Shown here: in pieces, positions 25,346 through 38,288 of the stretch | How the letters are laid out: each line of letters starts with the position of its first letter | How positions within the stretch are numbered: position 1 is the stretch's first letter | Source of the DNA: Octopus vulgaris | Lineage: Eukaryota | Assembly (NCBI GenBank): GCA_951406725.2 | Contig: OX597827.1 | Span: 32,116,001 to 32,180,000, forward strand | DNA: 64,000 nucleotides | Direction of reading: 5' to 3' | Translations under genes and position numbers: made by a program | Notes under the pieces: model-generated | The model's database searches: none | What the model was told of the DNA's origin: nothing | The model's input: only the letters and a program-made list of their open reading frames with translations

Positions 25346-26500
25346 GAATGGAGTCGAACGACGATTTTAACAAAATTCCTTTACTCTCGACATATGTTTC
25401 GAAGACTGCATACTCTTAATTCCGAAGGAATAAAGGGTGCATTATGCCGCCTTCTCATCAATATAACTTTCAAGCTGGATTGGTCCATATTGTCTGTATC
25501 CTTTCCTTTTGATAAGGGCAGGAAATATTGTGGCGTCTGTAATTCCGAACTATTCTATATCATTTTCGCCAAGTTCCCCATGGTAAACACAATAATAGAA
25601 AAATCCTATAAGTGCATGCATTGGCAGAAGCACACTTTCCACTCATATGAATGATGATTAATATAGATAACCTCTTTGATAATTTAGTTCCATTTCTACA
25701 ACACCACCATAGACAAATCTTTTTTTACACTCCGTTACATGATGAACTACTACTAAATTTCGTTGGGGTATGTTTCACCTCTGTCTCTCTACCTCTCCCC
25801 CCTCTCTCTCTCTCTCTATCATAAGCACAATCAAATACACAGACACAAACCTCACCACTAAATGTATTTGGCATTTGTCCCCCCACACACACAATCACGC
25901 ACACACACACACACACAGGCACGAATGCAGTTATATACATACACACACATAGACACTCAAACTCATTAGCAAAAGCAAACAACCACGCATCCCCATACAT
26001 GCAGCTTGCACTCTGTCCCGTTCCTATTCTTAGAACTTTCTCCTTCCAACCATTTTTGAACTCTTGAACTTTTTAGAACCTTCTCCATCCAACCTATTTT
26101 GACGTCATTGCTTATAACGGAATATTTTAAAGAAACACTCATTATTACTGTGGACTTCATGTGGGCAGTCATCTAAAAGTTTTTGTTCGTCATGATGCTG
26201 ACATAGGTTCCTTGTCTTTCCTGATGAGAAGGCGGCATAATGCACCCTTTATTCCTTCGGAATTAAGAATATGCAGTCTTCGAAACATATGTCGAGAGTA
26301 AAGGAATTTTGTTAAAATCGTCGTTCGACTCCATTCTTTCATTTACTTATAGTTAAAAAAATACACAAATTTCCACACGAAAACACGGGATTTCTGCCCT
26401 TGGCATGTAGCTTCAACCGTGTTTTCTGACGTGAATTTGCTACCCGGGTATCGGTTAACCGAATTATCCATGCTAGGATAATTCATTCACCTACTTAATT
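25340..26500 (+). mobile_element. 5'-truncated Penelope-like element with an inverted terminal-repeat copy at its 5' end
   Basis: 25340-25459 is the reverse complement of 26222-26342; 25460-25654 encodes WSIL..PF..G.KYC.VC..E...I......N...E....C.H..K, the C-terminus of PLE GIY-YIG proteins. Confidence 0.75.
26216..26298 (+). ncRNA. Type I hammerhead ribozyme with extended stem II
   Basis: CTTTC-CTGATGA-GAAG-[46 nt]-CTTC-GAAA-CATATG-TC-GAGAG; palindromic stem III (ACATATGT), GUC site. Confidence 0.8.
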
Positions 26501-27112
26501 ATATATATATATATATATATATATGCATGTGTGTATATATATGTGCATGTATGCATATGTATATGTGTGTGTGTGTGTGTGTGGACATGTCAGATCACTC
26601 TTAGATTTACCCAGTACAAGCTGTGGCATGATCGGGCCGTCGGCATCTTAACCGGCACACCCTACCAAGCCTGCTTGGTAAGGAGGACGATTTTCATCGG
26701 ACACCCTACTGGTTGATAAACGAAACCTGACAAAGGTCGGATGAACTCAACAGCGTCAACTGTCATCCAATAGCTGGGAGAGAGTGGACCCCTAATCTTC
26801 GTTTAGGTATTTCTGTATTGAACAAAGAAATTCCTAAAGAACACCCAACTAACAGTGAAGCCGGAGATCTTGTTCTTATTTATTTTTGGAGTACTTGGTT
26901 TTGTAGGGGATGGACATAGCACTGTTGTGCAAGCTGTTGTTGGCTTTAAATTTCAGTATTGGCATCGCTGACAGCCATTGCCTTTCAAATCTTGGATAAG
27001 ATATTTTGTGTGTAGTGGTCATACTTCCCTACGAATTGAAATATATACCGCGTGTGTATGTATTTGTGTACATATGTATGTATGTATGTATGCATGTATG
27101 TATGTATGTATG

Positions 27113-27143
<31 letters not shown>

Positions 27144-27251
27144 GTATGGATGAATGGATGGATGGATGGATGGATGGATGGATGGATGGATGGATTATAT
27201 CAGTGTGTGAGTGTGTACGCTTGTGGTTTGTACTTGGTGAATTAATCGTGT

Positions 27252-27284
<33 letters not shown>

Positions 27285-27494
27285 TAGCGGGAGAGTATGC
27301 ATGTGTATGTGTGTAATTGTGTATGGATATCTATATGTATGTGTATGTCCATATGTACGTCTGTGCATATGTATGCCTAGATTGATGAATGAATAGATGG
27401 GTGGACGGACGGATGGATGTGCAGTTGTGCATATATATTTGTGCTTTGTGAATTAATGCGTGTATAGTGAGTGAAAGAGCATGTGAATGTGTAT

Positions 27495-27533
<39 letters not shown>

Positions 27534-27588
27534 TGTATATTTCTATGTATGTATTTGTGTATGTATGTATGTATGTATGTATGTATGT

Positions 27589-28104
27589 ACCCACGAGGGG
27601 GCACCAAAAAGTAACCGGAACCGTTCGCTGTGGGACAAGCTCGCTGTAGTTTGCCGATCGGTGTCATCCACTAGTGTAGTACGCCCACGTGGTGCGTCTT
27701 CGTTTTGCAGTGCTTCTCCCTTGTACGTCAATTTTTGCGATGGCTGAAAGGAAGGAACAGCATGCTTCCATGAAATTCTGATTTCTGCTGAGGAAAACAG
27801 TGACCAAAACAGTTGTCATGCTTCAAACAGTATACAAGGAAGCTGCCATGAGCAAAACACGAATGATTTACGAATGATTTTCACGCTTTAAGAATGGTTA
27901 CTTGTCGCTTGAGGACCAACCTCGTTCAGGGCCATTGTCAACCTCCCGAACGAATGAGAACATCATGAAAATTCATGAACTGATCTTGAAGGACTGTCAC
28001 TGAACAATTTACGAACTTGTTGATATGACTGGTGTATCTTGAAGATCCAGCCAACGAATTTTAGGCGAGGAATTGTGAATAAAAAGAGTTGCAGCAAAAT
28101 TCGT

Positions 28105-28105
<1 letters not shown>
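27589..28105 (+). mobile_element. mariner element, 5' TIR and degraded N-terminal HTH region
   Basis: CACGAGGGGGCACCAAAAAGT terminus; EQHASMKF*FLLRKTVTKTVVMLQTVY and EDQPRSG mariner motifs with stops. Confidence 0.75.
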
Positions 28106-28138
<33 letters not shown>

Positions 28139-28141
<3 letters not shown>

Positions 28142-28715
28142 GAGGGTGAATAAATTGCCGTGCATATTACGCAAAGAGGATAGTAACACTGACATCTCAT
28201 TTTAACAGATATATTTACCAAAATTACATAAAAATTTCTTGAAAGACTAAAAAGTAAATTGATTCAATAGAATCGCCATAGGCTTCAACCACGGCCTTCA
28301 GACAACTTCGGAATCTCCTGCAACTCTTCTGAACGGTTTCTTTGTTTAAGTTGGTGAATACTGCCATAATCCTTGCCTTCAGTTCATCTTTGGTGTTATA
28401 AGTCGTCTTGTTCCTCTCTCGCTCAACTACACCCCACACATCAAAAGGGTTGCAGTCTGGGGAGTTAGGTGGCCAGCTGTTAGGGGTGATGTGGTCGCAG
28501 AAATTATCTGACAGCCATGGCTGGATTCTCCTGCTTGTGTGGTATGGTGCAGAGTCCTGTTGCCAGACATAAAGACTTCCAGCAGCCACACTCTTGACCC
28601 AGAGCAACACTACCTCCTCGACGCACTTGATATAGGCCTCGGTGTTGAGTCTGAGGTCGTGTGGGAAGATGATTGGAGGCATAACGTCGCCATCACTAAT
28701 GATCACTCCAAACAC
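28139..28715 (-). mobile_element. Tc1/mariner maT (DD37D) transposon 3' part
   Basis: QQDSAPYH...WPPNSPDCNPFD with 37 residues between the second and third D; terminus CAGAGGGTGAATAAATTGCC. Confidence 0.85.
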
Positions 28716-31098
28716 CTACTTGCATGGCCTTCCACGACTCTCGGCAAGAGAGGGTGAGTGTTGTGAAAGACCCATCACAGCCGTGGACGTACGGGATGCG
28801 ATGGCAGGCTTGGATGGTTTGCCCTACGAGTTCTATTGTCATATGCCAGACTTGTTTGGAGGTGTCTTGGCAGCGGTCTGTTGCAACTGGCAGCAACACG
28901 AAGCGAAGAGTTGTGGCTCTGCTAAACAATGATGCAAGCAAGGGAAACGTCATAGATAACTTCAGGCCTATCACTGTGCTCAACGCAGATTTGAAGATTT
29001 TGGCCAAGGTGCTAGCCGAGACGTTGGAGCTTGTCATCGAGAAACTGTTCGAAAAGGCACAAACATGCGCCGTGCTGGGAAGGATTATCCATGACAACCT
29101 CCATCTGATGCGCTACATCATAGACAGGTTAGTTAAGGAACCTGGTATGGGCGGGGCCCTGATCAATTTGGATCAATCAAAAGCTTTCGATAGAGTCGAC
29201 CATCGCTATTTGGAAGCTGTCCTTAGAGCGGCTGGTTTCGGTCCCGTTTTCCGCGGTTGGATCGCTGCCTTATACAGCAGCATCCGCACGGTAGTTCGCG
29301 TAACTGGTCATCTGTGCAGACCATTTAACATCACACGTTCGGTCTGTCAAGGATGCCTCCTCTCGTTGCTGCTGTACGTACTAGAGCCACTATTGCGGAA
29401 GCTGGCGACGCTGAGGGGCTTCCCGCAAGAACTGGGATTCAAGAGGAACGTGTCTGCATACGCGGACGACGTCTCCGTGATAGTGTCTAGCCATAGGCAT
29501 ATCGACCTGGTCGCCGAGACACTAAAAGAATACGAAGCGGTAACGGGATTAAAATCAACCGGGAAAATTCTGTGGGCTTGCGACTCGGCACCTGGGGAAG
29601 CAAGCCCATGCTGTCCAACAGCGTTTCCATCGTGGGACGCCGGACTGACGGATCAGTTAAATTGCTCAGAGTCTGGTTCGGTCCGGACCTCCAAATGGAG
29701 AAGAACTGGGACGAGATAACGAGTAGGGTGGCCACTCTCACCCAGCAATGGGCCGAGAGGAAGCTATCCCTAAAAGGTCGGGTGGAGGTGGCGAACGCAT
29801 ATATTGCTTCTGTCATCGGTTACCGTCTGATCGTCGTGCCTTGTCCTGACTCTACCATCACTAATAAAAACGCATACTCTTCAACTTTTTGTAGAAGGGA
29901 AGCGTTCCTATGGTTAGGCGATACATTTTCTGTCAATACACGCTAAATGTAGGGCTGGGCATGCCTTGGTTGATAATGCGTAGACATGCGCTGAGACCGC
30001 GACGTCTCTGGCGCTTCATAGACGACGGTGAACAGGTTTGTGAGGCGCGCTTTCCCGCAGCAGGTCTCTTTGGCCGGACTTCAGTTGTGGATCAAACAGA
30101 GACCGAGGCTAGGCGAATGGCACCGCGAGTGCTGCCTTGCTCCCAAAGCAACTCTGCCGTCCAGGACCAAACTTGTGCGACTTCAATTCCACGAAGGCGT
30201 TCTATAGAGGATTAGTGGAGGGGAGGTGGGATGACGTTCTCTGGGAGAATCTGGGCATCGACGAGGAATACCTGACTCGCCAGTTGAGGACAACTTTCGG
30301 GCCGGGACCTATGGACAATCACCAGAGATTCCTGGCCTGGCAATGCTATCGGGAAGCATGGCCCGTTCGGTATAAGCTCTACAGGCACGGTTAAAGATAC
30401 ACCGGACCGACTTGCCCGAGATACGGTCAGAGCGACAAAACCGTTCTGCATGCACTCGTGCAGTGTCCAACCATTTCGGACCTGTGGGCTTATGCCGAAC
30501 GGCAGCTGTCACATGTGGGACGAATTTGGTTGTCGGCCGAGTCTATCGTGAAAATTGCTCCACCACCTTCCCTCAACAGGGAAGGCAAGCCAGTTTTCAT
30601 CGTACTGGTGGCCATGGTGAAAGAATGTATATGGTGGACTCGAGCGAAAGGTTTAGAGACAAACACTTTCCTCTCTGGCCAATAGCTTATCAACGTTTTC
30701 AAGTCCCACTTGAAAAGGAAGGTGAGAATAGAGGGGCAAGTTTTGTCTCATGAAAGATTCAATAAAAGGTGGATGAATGCAGCAAAAATGGTACGCGTGA
30801 ATGACGAAACCACTTTGAGCATGCTCCTGTAAACCCCCCCAAAAGAGAGAGAGGGCACTTTGCTCTCATGTGATTTTTTTCCCTTCCTGCCTGATGTTAC
30901 CGTAGGCTTGTCTCTCCACGGATAAACCTAATCTGTTTTTTTTTTTACATTTTTACTCTGTTCTGTGATACACGAACCCTTTTGATCGGAACTTTTTCCT
31001 CCTTCTTTTCAATTTTCCCTTTTTTTCCTTTCGAAAAGAAAAAAACTCTACATTGTATTTAGTCCCCTTTGTGTTCGGCCCTGTGTGAATAATAAAGA
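28716..31098 (+). mobile_element. L1/Tx1-clade LINE, 5'-truncated, frameshifted (RT plus C-terminal zinc finger)
   Basis: GLDGLPYEFY, FRPITVLNAD.KILAK, LDQSKAFDRVDH, SAYADD, ETV.HAL..C motifs; AATAAA then (TATC)n. Confidence 0.92.
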
Positions 31099-31175
<77 letters not shown>

Positions 31176-31179
31176 GTCT

Positions 31180-34100
31180 GTCTGAAACAAATATGCCACG
31201 ATACAGGTTCGCTTCAACAGCGAAGAAAGAGCGAAAGAACTTTCGACGCTCACATTACAGTCGGAAAAACTAATTTTAATTCCGACCTACCTTGGTCAAC
31301 GCGTGACCAAAATTTCGATTAAAAATGTCCCTCCAGAAATAGAATCACAATGGCTGTTGTCAGCGGAGGAAAATATAAATATTCCGGAATATGCCGCCTT
31401 GGAGGAAAAGAAATGGTCGGGGAAAGTGGTTCAGTTATTGATGCAAATTGATCAAAACCAAATCAATAACATCCCCCACCAAATTGAGCTGCCAAACGGC
31501 AATTTCCTTTACGTGGTGGTAGAGGGTGGGAGGCCTCGCTGTTACTTGTGTGGCAGCGAGGAACACCTCAAAAATTATAGCCCAACAGCAAAAAAAAACA
31601 ACAACAAAAACAAGAACAAGAACAACAACCACAACAAGGAAAAAATCAAAAGAAAAAAGAACCACTACTACCCACACCACTATCAGCACAGAGGACAAGC
31701 AAAGGGAATACGGAACCAAACTCGCCAACACCAACAAATGAACATACAACAACATCTGAAAAAACACCAACAACAACAGCAAGAACAGAACCATTACTAA
31801 CCACACCACCATCAGCACAGAGGACAGACAAAAGGAGTAGAAAACCAAACCCGCCAACACCAACAAATGAACATACAACAACATCTGAAAAAACACCAGC
31901 AAGAACTAAAGAAACAGTAAAACCAAAAGACAATACAAAAACTGATTCCCCTTCCCCCACATCACACACACCACACACACAAGCAGTCAACAACCAGCAT
32001 CAACGAAAACAACAACACAACCAATTACACAAACATACATTGAAGCCTACAACATGCCCCTACCTCCTTCCGATTCCTCGGAAATTTCGTCGGAAGACGA
32101 AAGCACTGAGGAATGGCAAATAGCCAGAAAAGGAAGGAGGAACAAAAAAAGAACAAAATCCAATACAAACGCAAACAAAGCAGAGAGATATGCATCTCCC
32201 GAAGACATCTCAAACCCTACCACAAACAATATCAACGCCACAAAAATATATAAAAAGAATATGCTCACAGCCATGGAGACCAAAAGCACAGAGTTGATGA
32301 AATACATCAATACAAACACAAACATTACAGAAAACGACATTAAAACGAACAATCACCCACAAACAAAACAACCAGAACACATAAAAATTTATCACATATC
32401 ACCAACATTGCACCACACACTAAAGTCCCTCTATCCCAATGCGGTAGGGGGATGTCATAAATATTTACGTAAAAACAGCCTCCTTGATGAAAAATCAAAG
32501 GAGGAGACAAATCTTTCGAAAGGTAACTCTCCTTTCCTTTCGTTTGTGTTTTAAAGCACACAACTCAATAGGCTCATGGTCAAGATTGGTTGTGTGAATG
32601 CGCGTGGCTTGGGGTCCCCTTGGAAACAAGGGTACCTTTTAAATGACATCAAGTCACATAATTTGGAAATCATAGCAATGAGTGAGACCAGACTCCATGA
32701 ACCCTTGACCCTAAAGTTCATGTTTGGCGGACAGTTTAACATTTATTTTTCTCCCTGTCCGCCAAGAATGGGCGGTAGTTTGTGGTACTTTTTCGCAAGA
32801 GTCTGGATCTCGAAGTAAAGACGATATTCGTAGACCCGGAGGGTAGACTGGTTGTCCTGGATGTCGACGGCAATGATGGGTGCGCTTTTCGACTCGTATC
32901 AGTCTACGCACCGCTTTTAACAGGTCGGCCGGATTTCTTTCGACGTCTAGAAGTATTCCTGGGAACGTCTCGTCCTTTACCTTTAGTGGGGGATTCGAAT
33001 GCTACCTTGGACACGCATTTAGACTACGTGGGGAGAGACGAAAATAGACGGGGATGTAAATGCCTCAGAGACCTGCACAGACGCTTTCAACTGTCTGACA
33101 GGTACCGACTCGACGACCTAAATGTGCCAACGGGGACATGGAGCAATCGCATTGGGTCGTCGAGATCGTATCTAGATAGGATACTATGCAGGACAGCAGC
33201 TAGGGATAGCTTAGGATGTCCACAATTTCACATAGTCAGCTACACAGATCACAAACTTGTGACGTGCACGCTAGACTTAGATTAGGCACATAGGCAGGGT
33301 CCCGGTTACTGGAAACTGAACGCGTCTTTCCCGTCGAGACAGGTTTTCAGAAACCGAATTAGCACACTAGTAAAGAGGGCTTTGACGGGAGCCATCGTCA
33401 ACAACAAATGGTGGTTTGCCCTCAAGAGAGCAGTAAAAGCAGAAGTCATTAGGTATAGCAAAGCACTAGCCATAGATAGAAACAGAGTAGAGAGTGAGCT
33501 AGTTAAGAAGTTAGAAGAGGCAATAAGAAGCGGCATCACATCCGACGTTTTGGCGGCGAGGTTGGCCCTCGACAAACATTTCAACGCCAAACACGAAGGG
33601 TGTGCTGTCAGGGCTAGGATGCGTGCTCTAAGGATGGAAGGTGTTGGAGACGCGAGAGAGGCCCAGGTGGCGGAGGCGCAACGGGGCAACAAAGCCACCA
33701 TTCGGTCTCTGGTAGATGAACAGAGACGCGAGTTGCTCGAGCCGAGCAAGATGTGCGAGGCGTTTCAGCAGCATTTTGGCCGGCTGTTCGAGAGGAGTGG
33801 CGAGCGAGAACGCAGTTTGAACTTCAGCCTGCCACGATTCTCGACAAGAGAGGTGGAATGCTGCGAAGGTGCCATCACGACGGCAGATGTGGGGGACACA
33901 ATGGCAGAATGCTCGAGAGACAAATCGCGGGTTTGGATGGTCTGCCCTACGAGTTTTACAATTGTATGCCAGACTTGTTTGAAGACGTCTTGGCAGCGGT
34001 ATACTGCAACTGGCAGCAAAACGGGAGCATACTCGGTTTTGCGAGCCGAGGAGCCGTAACGCTACTGAAGAAAGATCCAAACAAGGGGGACATTATAGAT

Positions 34101-36150
34101 AACTTTAGGCTCATCATTCTGCTCAATGCAGACCTGAAAATTGTGCCCATGGTGTTAGCCAAGAGGTTGGCGCTTGTCATCGAGAAACTGGTCGACAAGG
34201 CACAAACGTGCGCCGTGCCGGGCCGGAGCATCCATGACAACTTCCATCGAAGCGCTACATCATAGACAGAGTAGTTAAGGAATCTGGCATTGGTGGGGCC
34301 CTGATCAATTTGGATCAATCGAAAGCTTTCGATAGGGTAGACCATCGATACTTGGAGGCAGTCCTGAGAGCGGCTGGTTTCGGTCCCGTTTTCCGCGGCT
34401 GGATAGCTGCTTTGTACAGAGGTATCCGTTCGGCAATTCGCGTAAATGGACATCTATCGAGACCTTTCGACATTGCACGTTCGGTCCGTCAGGGATGCCC
34501 CCTCTTTCGCTTCTATACGTATTGACTCTCGAGCCACTACTGCGGAAGCTGGCGACTCTGAGGGGCATCCCGCGAGAACTGGGATGCGGGACGAGCGTGT
34601 CTGCATACGCGGACGACGTCACCGTCATAGTGACAAGCCACGAGCACATCGAGCTGAAAGACTACGAAGCGGTGACAGGAGCAAAAATCAACCGGGAAAA
34701 GTCAGCGCCTCCGTCGTGGGACGCTGGACGGAAGGCCCAGTCGAGTTGCTCGGGGTCTGGTTCGGTCCGGACCTCCAAATGGAGAAGAACTCGAACGAGA
34801 TAACGAGTAGGGTGGTCACTCTCGCCCGGCAATGAGCCGAGAAGAAACTGTCCCTAAAAGGTCGGGCGAAGGTGGCGAACACGTACATCGCGTCCATAAT
34901 CTATTACCGCCTGACCGTCGTACCTTGTCCCGACCCTACCATCACCAAACTAGAACGCATTCTCTTTCACTTCTTGTGGAAAGGATGCGTCCCGATGGTC
35001 AGGCGATCCATTTGCTGTCAACACCCGTTAAAAGGAGGACTGGGCATGCCGTGGTTGATGATGCGCAAACACGCGCTAAGACTGCGACATCTCAGGCTCT
35101 ACGTAGACGACGGTGAACAAGTGTGGTCGCCGTTTGTGAGGCACGCTTCCCCGCAACTCGTCTCCATGACCGAACTGCAGTCGTGGATCAAAAAAAGGCC
35201 AAGGAAAGGTGAATGGCACCGCGAGTGTCGCGTTGCACTCAACCAACTATGCCATCCCGGGTCGACCCAAGCATTCTATAGGGGATTAGTGGAGGGGAGG
35301 TGCGACGACGATCTTGGGGCGAACCTGGACGTCTACGAGGAATACCTGACCCGCCTGTTCGAGACGACTTTCGGGCCAGGGCCCATGGACAACTTCCAGA
35401 GATCCCTGGCCTGGCAGTGCTACCGAGAAGCGCTACCCGTTCTGGATAAGCTCTACAGACACGGCTCGAGAAACACGGGGCCGACCTGCCCGAGATGCGG
35501 TCAGAGCGACGAAACCGTTCTGCACGCACTTGTGCAGTGTCCAACAATTTCCGACCTGTGGGCTTATGTCGAACAACTGCTGTCACGTGTGGGACGAGTC
35601 GGTTTATCAGCCGAGTCTATCGTCAATATCGTCACGCCTCCTTCCTTCAAACGGGAAGGAAGAGCTATTTTTATCATCCTTGTGGCTATGGCGAAAGAAT
35701 GTATCTGGTGGATGCGTCTAAAAGGATTGGAGACAAACACTTTCCTCACTGGTCAATCTCTCATCAACTTCTTCAAGTATCACTTGAAAAGGAAAGTGAG
35801 AGTAGAGAGGCAAGTTTTGTCTAGCGAATGTTTTAAAAAAAGATGGGTGAATGTAGCAAGAATGGCACGTATGAATGACGAAGCCACCTTGAGCATAATC
35901 CTATGAACCTGGAAATTGAAAACAGAGGATTACCTACTTGCAAATAAATGTGGTAACATGTAACAATATTAACCGAGGTTACCGTGGTCTTTTCCGTAGG
36001 CTTTTCTCCCCACGGATAAACCTTATCTGCTTCCCCTTTACACCTTACATCTATGATACACGATCCCTATTGATCGTTTTTTTCCCTTTTTGTTTCCCTT
36101 TTTATATTTTCTCCCGTCTGTGTGCATCCCTTTGTGGCTAATAAAGAATC
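31180..36150 (+). mobile_element. L1/Tx1-clade LINE, near full length, degraded: ORF1 (zinc knuckle) and ORF2 (APE endonuclease, RT, zinc finger)
   Basis: ORF1 RCYLCGSEEHL; ORF2 VNARGL, SET, VYAP, GD.N, SYLDRI, TDHK, LDQSKAFDRVDH, SAYADD, CPRCG..DETVLHAL..C; AATAAA then (TATC)n. Confidence 0.93.
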
Positions 36151-36151
36151 A

Positions 36152-36231
<80 letters not shown>

Positions 36232-36879
36232 AATTAGAATTGAAAGAAAGTCTTGTTGAACTTTTAGCATGATCATTTTGAATATTCTTTTTCAAAGGTT
36301 ACCATATAATAAACATTAATTTTTATATACGATAGTTTGTTCTTTTTTTTTCTTTATTTATAGATTACTTTATACCATAGTGGTTAAATTTGTATAGACT
36401 TTAGCTTTTCAAAATGAGTAAAATTACGCCTACAGCAGACATTCAATGCTGCATGAATTCAAAAGATGCTCTTCAGCAATGGAAATGGTAAGAAATATCC
36501 GTCCTGTCAATGGAAATGAAGTTTTAAGTTCCCGGTTATGCTAAAGATAATTTGGCCAGTTTCGTGCGGGAAATTTTTCTGTCGCCAAATTTCTATAATC
36601 TGGACAATCAAATCTATTTATACTAAGCTTCTGGAAACCATATTAGAGGAAAATCAGGGGCAAGCTGCACGGAAGTTAGCAAAACAGTTCACGTCACACT
36701 TCGATTGTAAAACATCTTATGGGATTAGGAAAAGAGTCAAGACTTGGTCAATGTGTCCCTCATTATCAGACTGCTTCTCAGCTCAATCAAAGGGTTGCCT
36801 TCTATTCGTAATTGAACAGAATTGCTACCGAAACTTTCCTGGATAGAATTATCACAAGTGATGAAGAGCGTAATTTCTA

Positions 36880-37176
36880 CATTATTTACATTTGACGGAT
36901 ATTTGTCTTCATCTTGTTTGTTGTTAATACAACGTTTCGGCTGATATACCCTCCTGCCTTCATCAGGTGTCTTGGGGGAAATTTCGAACCTGGGTTCCCA
37001 TTCCTAAGGTATTTTTCGATGTTATCATCATCATTTCAGGTCACTACCTGGAATCGAACTCGGAATCTTGGGGTTAGTAGCCCACGCTCTTAACCACAGC
37101 GCCATATGCCCGTGGGCGTAGGTTCAGAGCGCGGACTACTAACCCCAAGATTCCGAGTTCGATTCCAGGCTGTGAG

Positions 37177-37235
<59 letters not shown>

Positions 37236-37242
37236 TAACAAT

Positions 37243-37273
<31 letters not shown>

Positions 37274-37455
37274 TCGAAAAATACCTTAAGAATGAGAACC
37301 CAGGTTCGAAATTTCCGCAAGACACCTGATGAAGGCTGGAGAGTATATCAGCCGAAATGTTGTGTTAACAACAAACAAGATGAGGACAGATATCCGTCAA
37401 ATGTAAATAAAGTAAATAATGTACATAATTCCTCATCTTTTAAATATAGAACTGC
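36880..37455. mobile_element. Head-to-head inverted dimer of a tRNA-head / (AAT)n / hammerhead element, 13-bp TSD
   Basis: AGCGTAATTTCTA at 36867-36879 and 37456-37468; arms are reverse complements around about 37112; HHR folds at 36926-36971 (-) and 37321-37366 (+). Confidence 0.85.
37321..37366 (+). ncRNA. Minimal type I hammerhead ribozyme
   Basis: GACAC-CTGATGA-A-GGCTG-gagagtatat-CAGCC-GAAA-TG-TT-GTGTT (other copies have GAAACGTT). Confidence 0.75.
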
Positions 37456-38125
37456 AGCGTAATTTCTATAATCATATCCAACGAAAGCGACAACGGCCAG
37501 CACCAGATGAGAATCCATTACCACAGAAAAAGTGGCACATGAAGGGTGTCGTCTACCATGAAATGCTTAACCAAAACGAAATACATAATGTGAAGATTTT
37601 ACTGCCGTTAATTATAAGCATTGTATAAAAATATGCAGAAAAAGCGATAATCAGGGGTCAATTGTAAATCGGGGTTGCGCTCACACAATAATGCGAGACC
37701 ATAAATTAATTAAGTCACGAAAGCGTTTATCAATTGTGAAGAGGTTAATTGAGTTTTTCTGTACTTCAAAACCTGAAGAATATTACGCGCGAGGGCGCAA
37801 CGTTCTGCAAAATAGATGGAATTACATTATCAGTAATGAGGGGAAATAATTAATCTTGTTTAAATATTTTAATTAATACCAAAGAATCATTTGTTTCTTT
37901 CCCATCTTGAAGTGCGAAAAGACACACACACATTGATATATACTTATATATATTATCTATATGTGTGTATATATGTGTGTGTATACTTGTGTGTATGTTT
38001 GTGTGTGTGTGTATTTGGTATGTGCATGTGTATACTCGGAAATATCTTTCACTTAAATCTATTTCAATCATCAAAAAATTTGTGTACTCAGACACTCTCA
38101 CCATTTCTCTCTTTCTCTTTCTCCT

Positions 38126-38179
<54 letters not shown>

Positions 38180-38193
38180 GATATACATATATA

Positions 38194-38288
<95 letters not shown>

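Larger units (their letters stand above)
36300..37850 (+). mobile_element. Heavily degraded mariner transposon split by the 36880-37455 insertion
   Basis: FLDRIITSDE before and YNHIQRKRQ after the insert; GVVYHEML further on. Confidence 0.6.
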
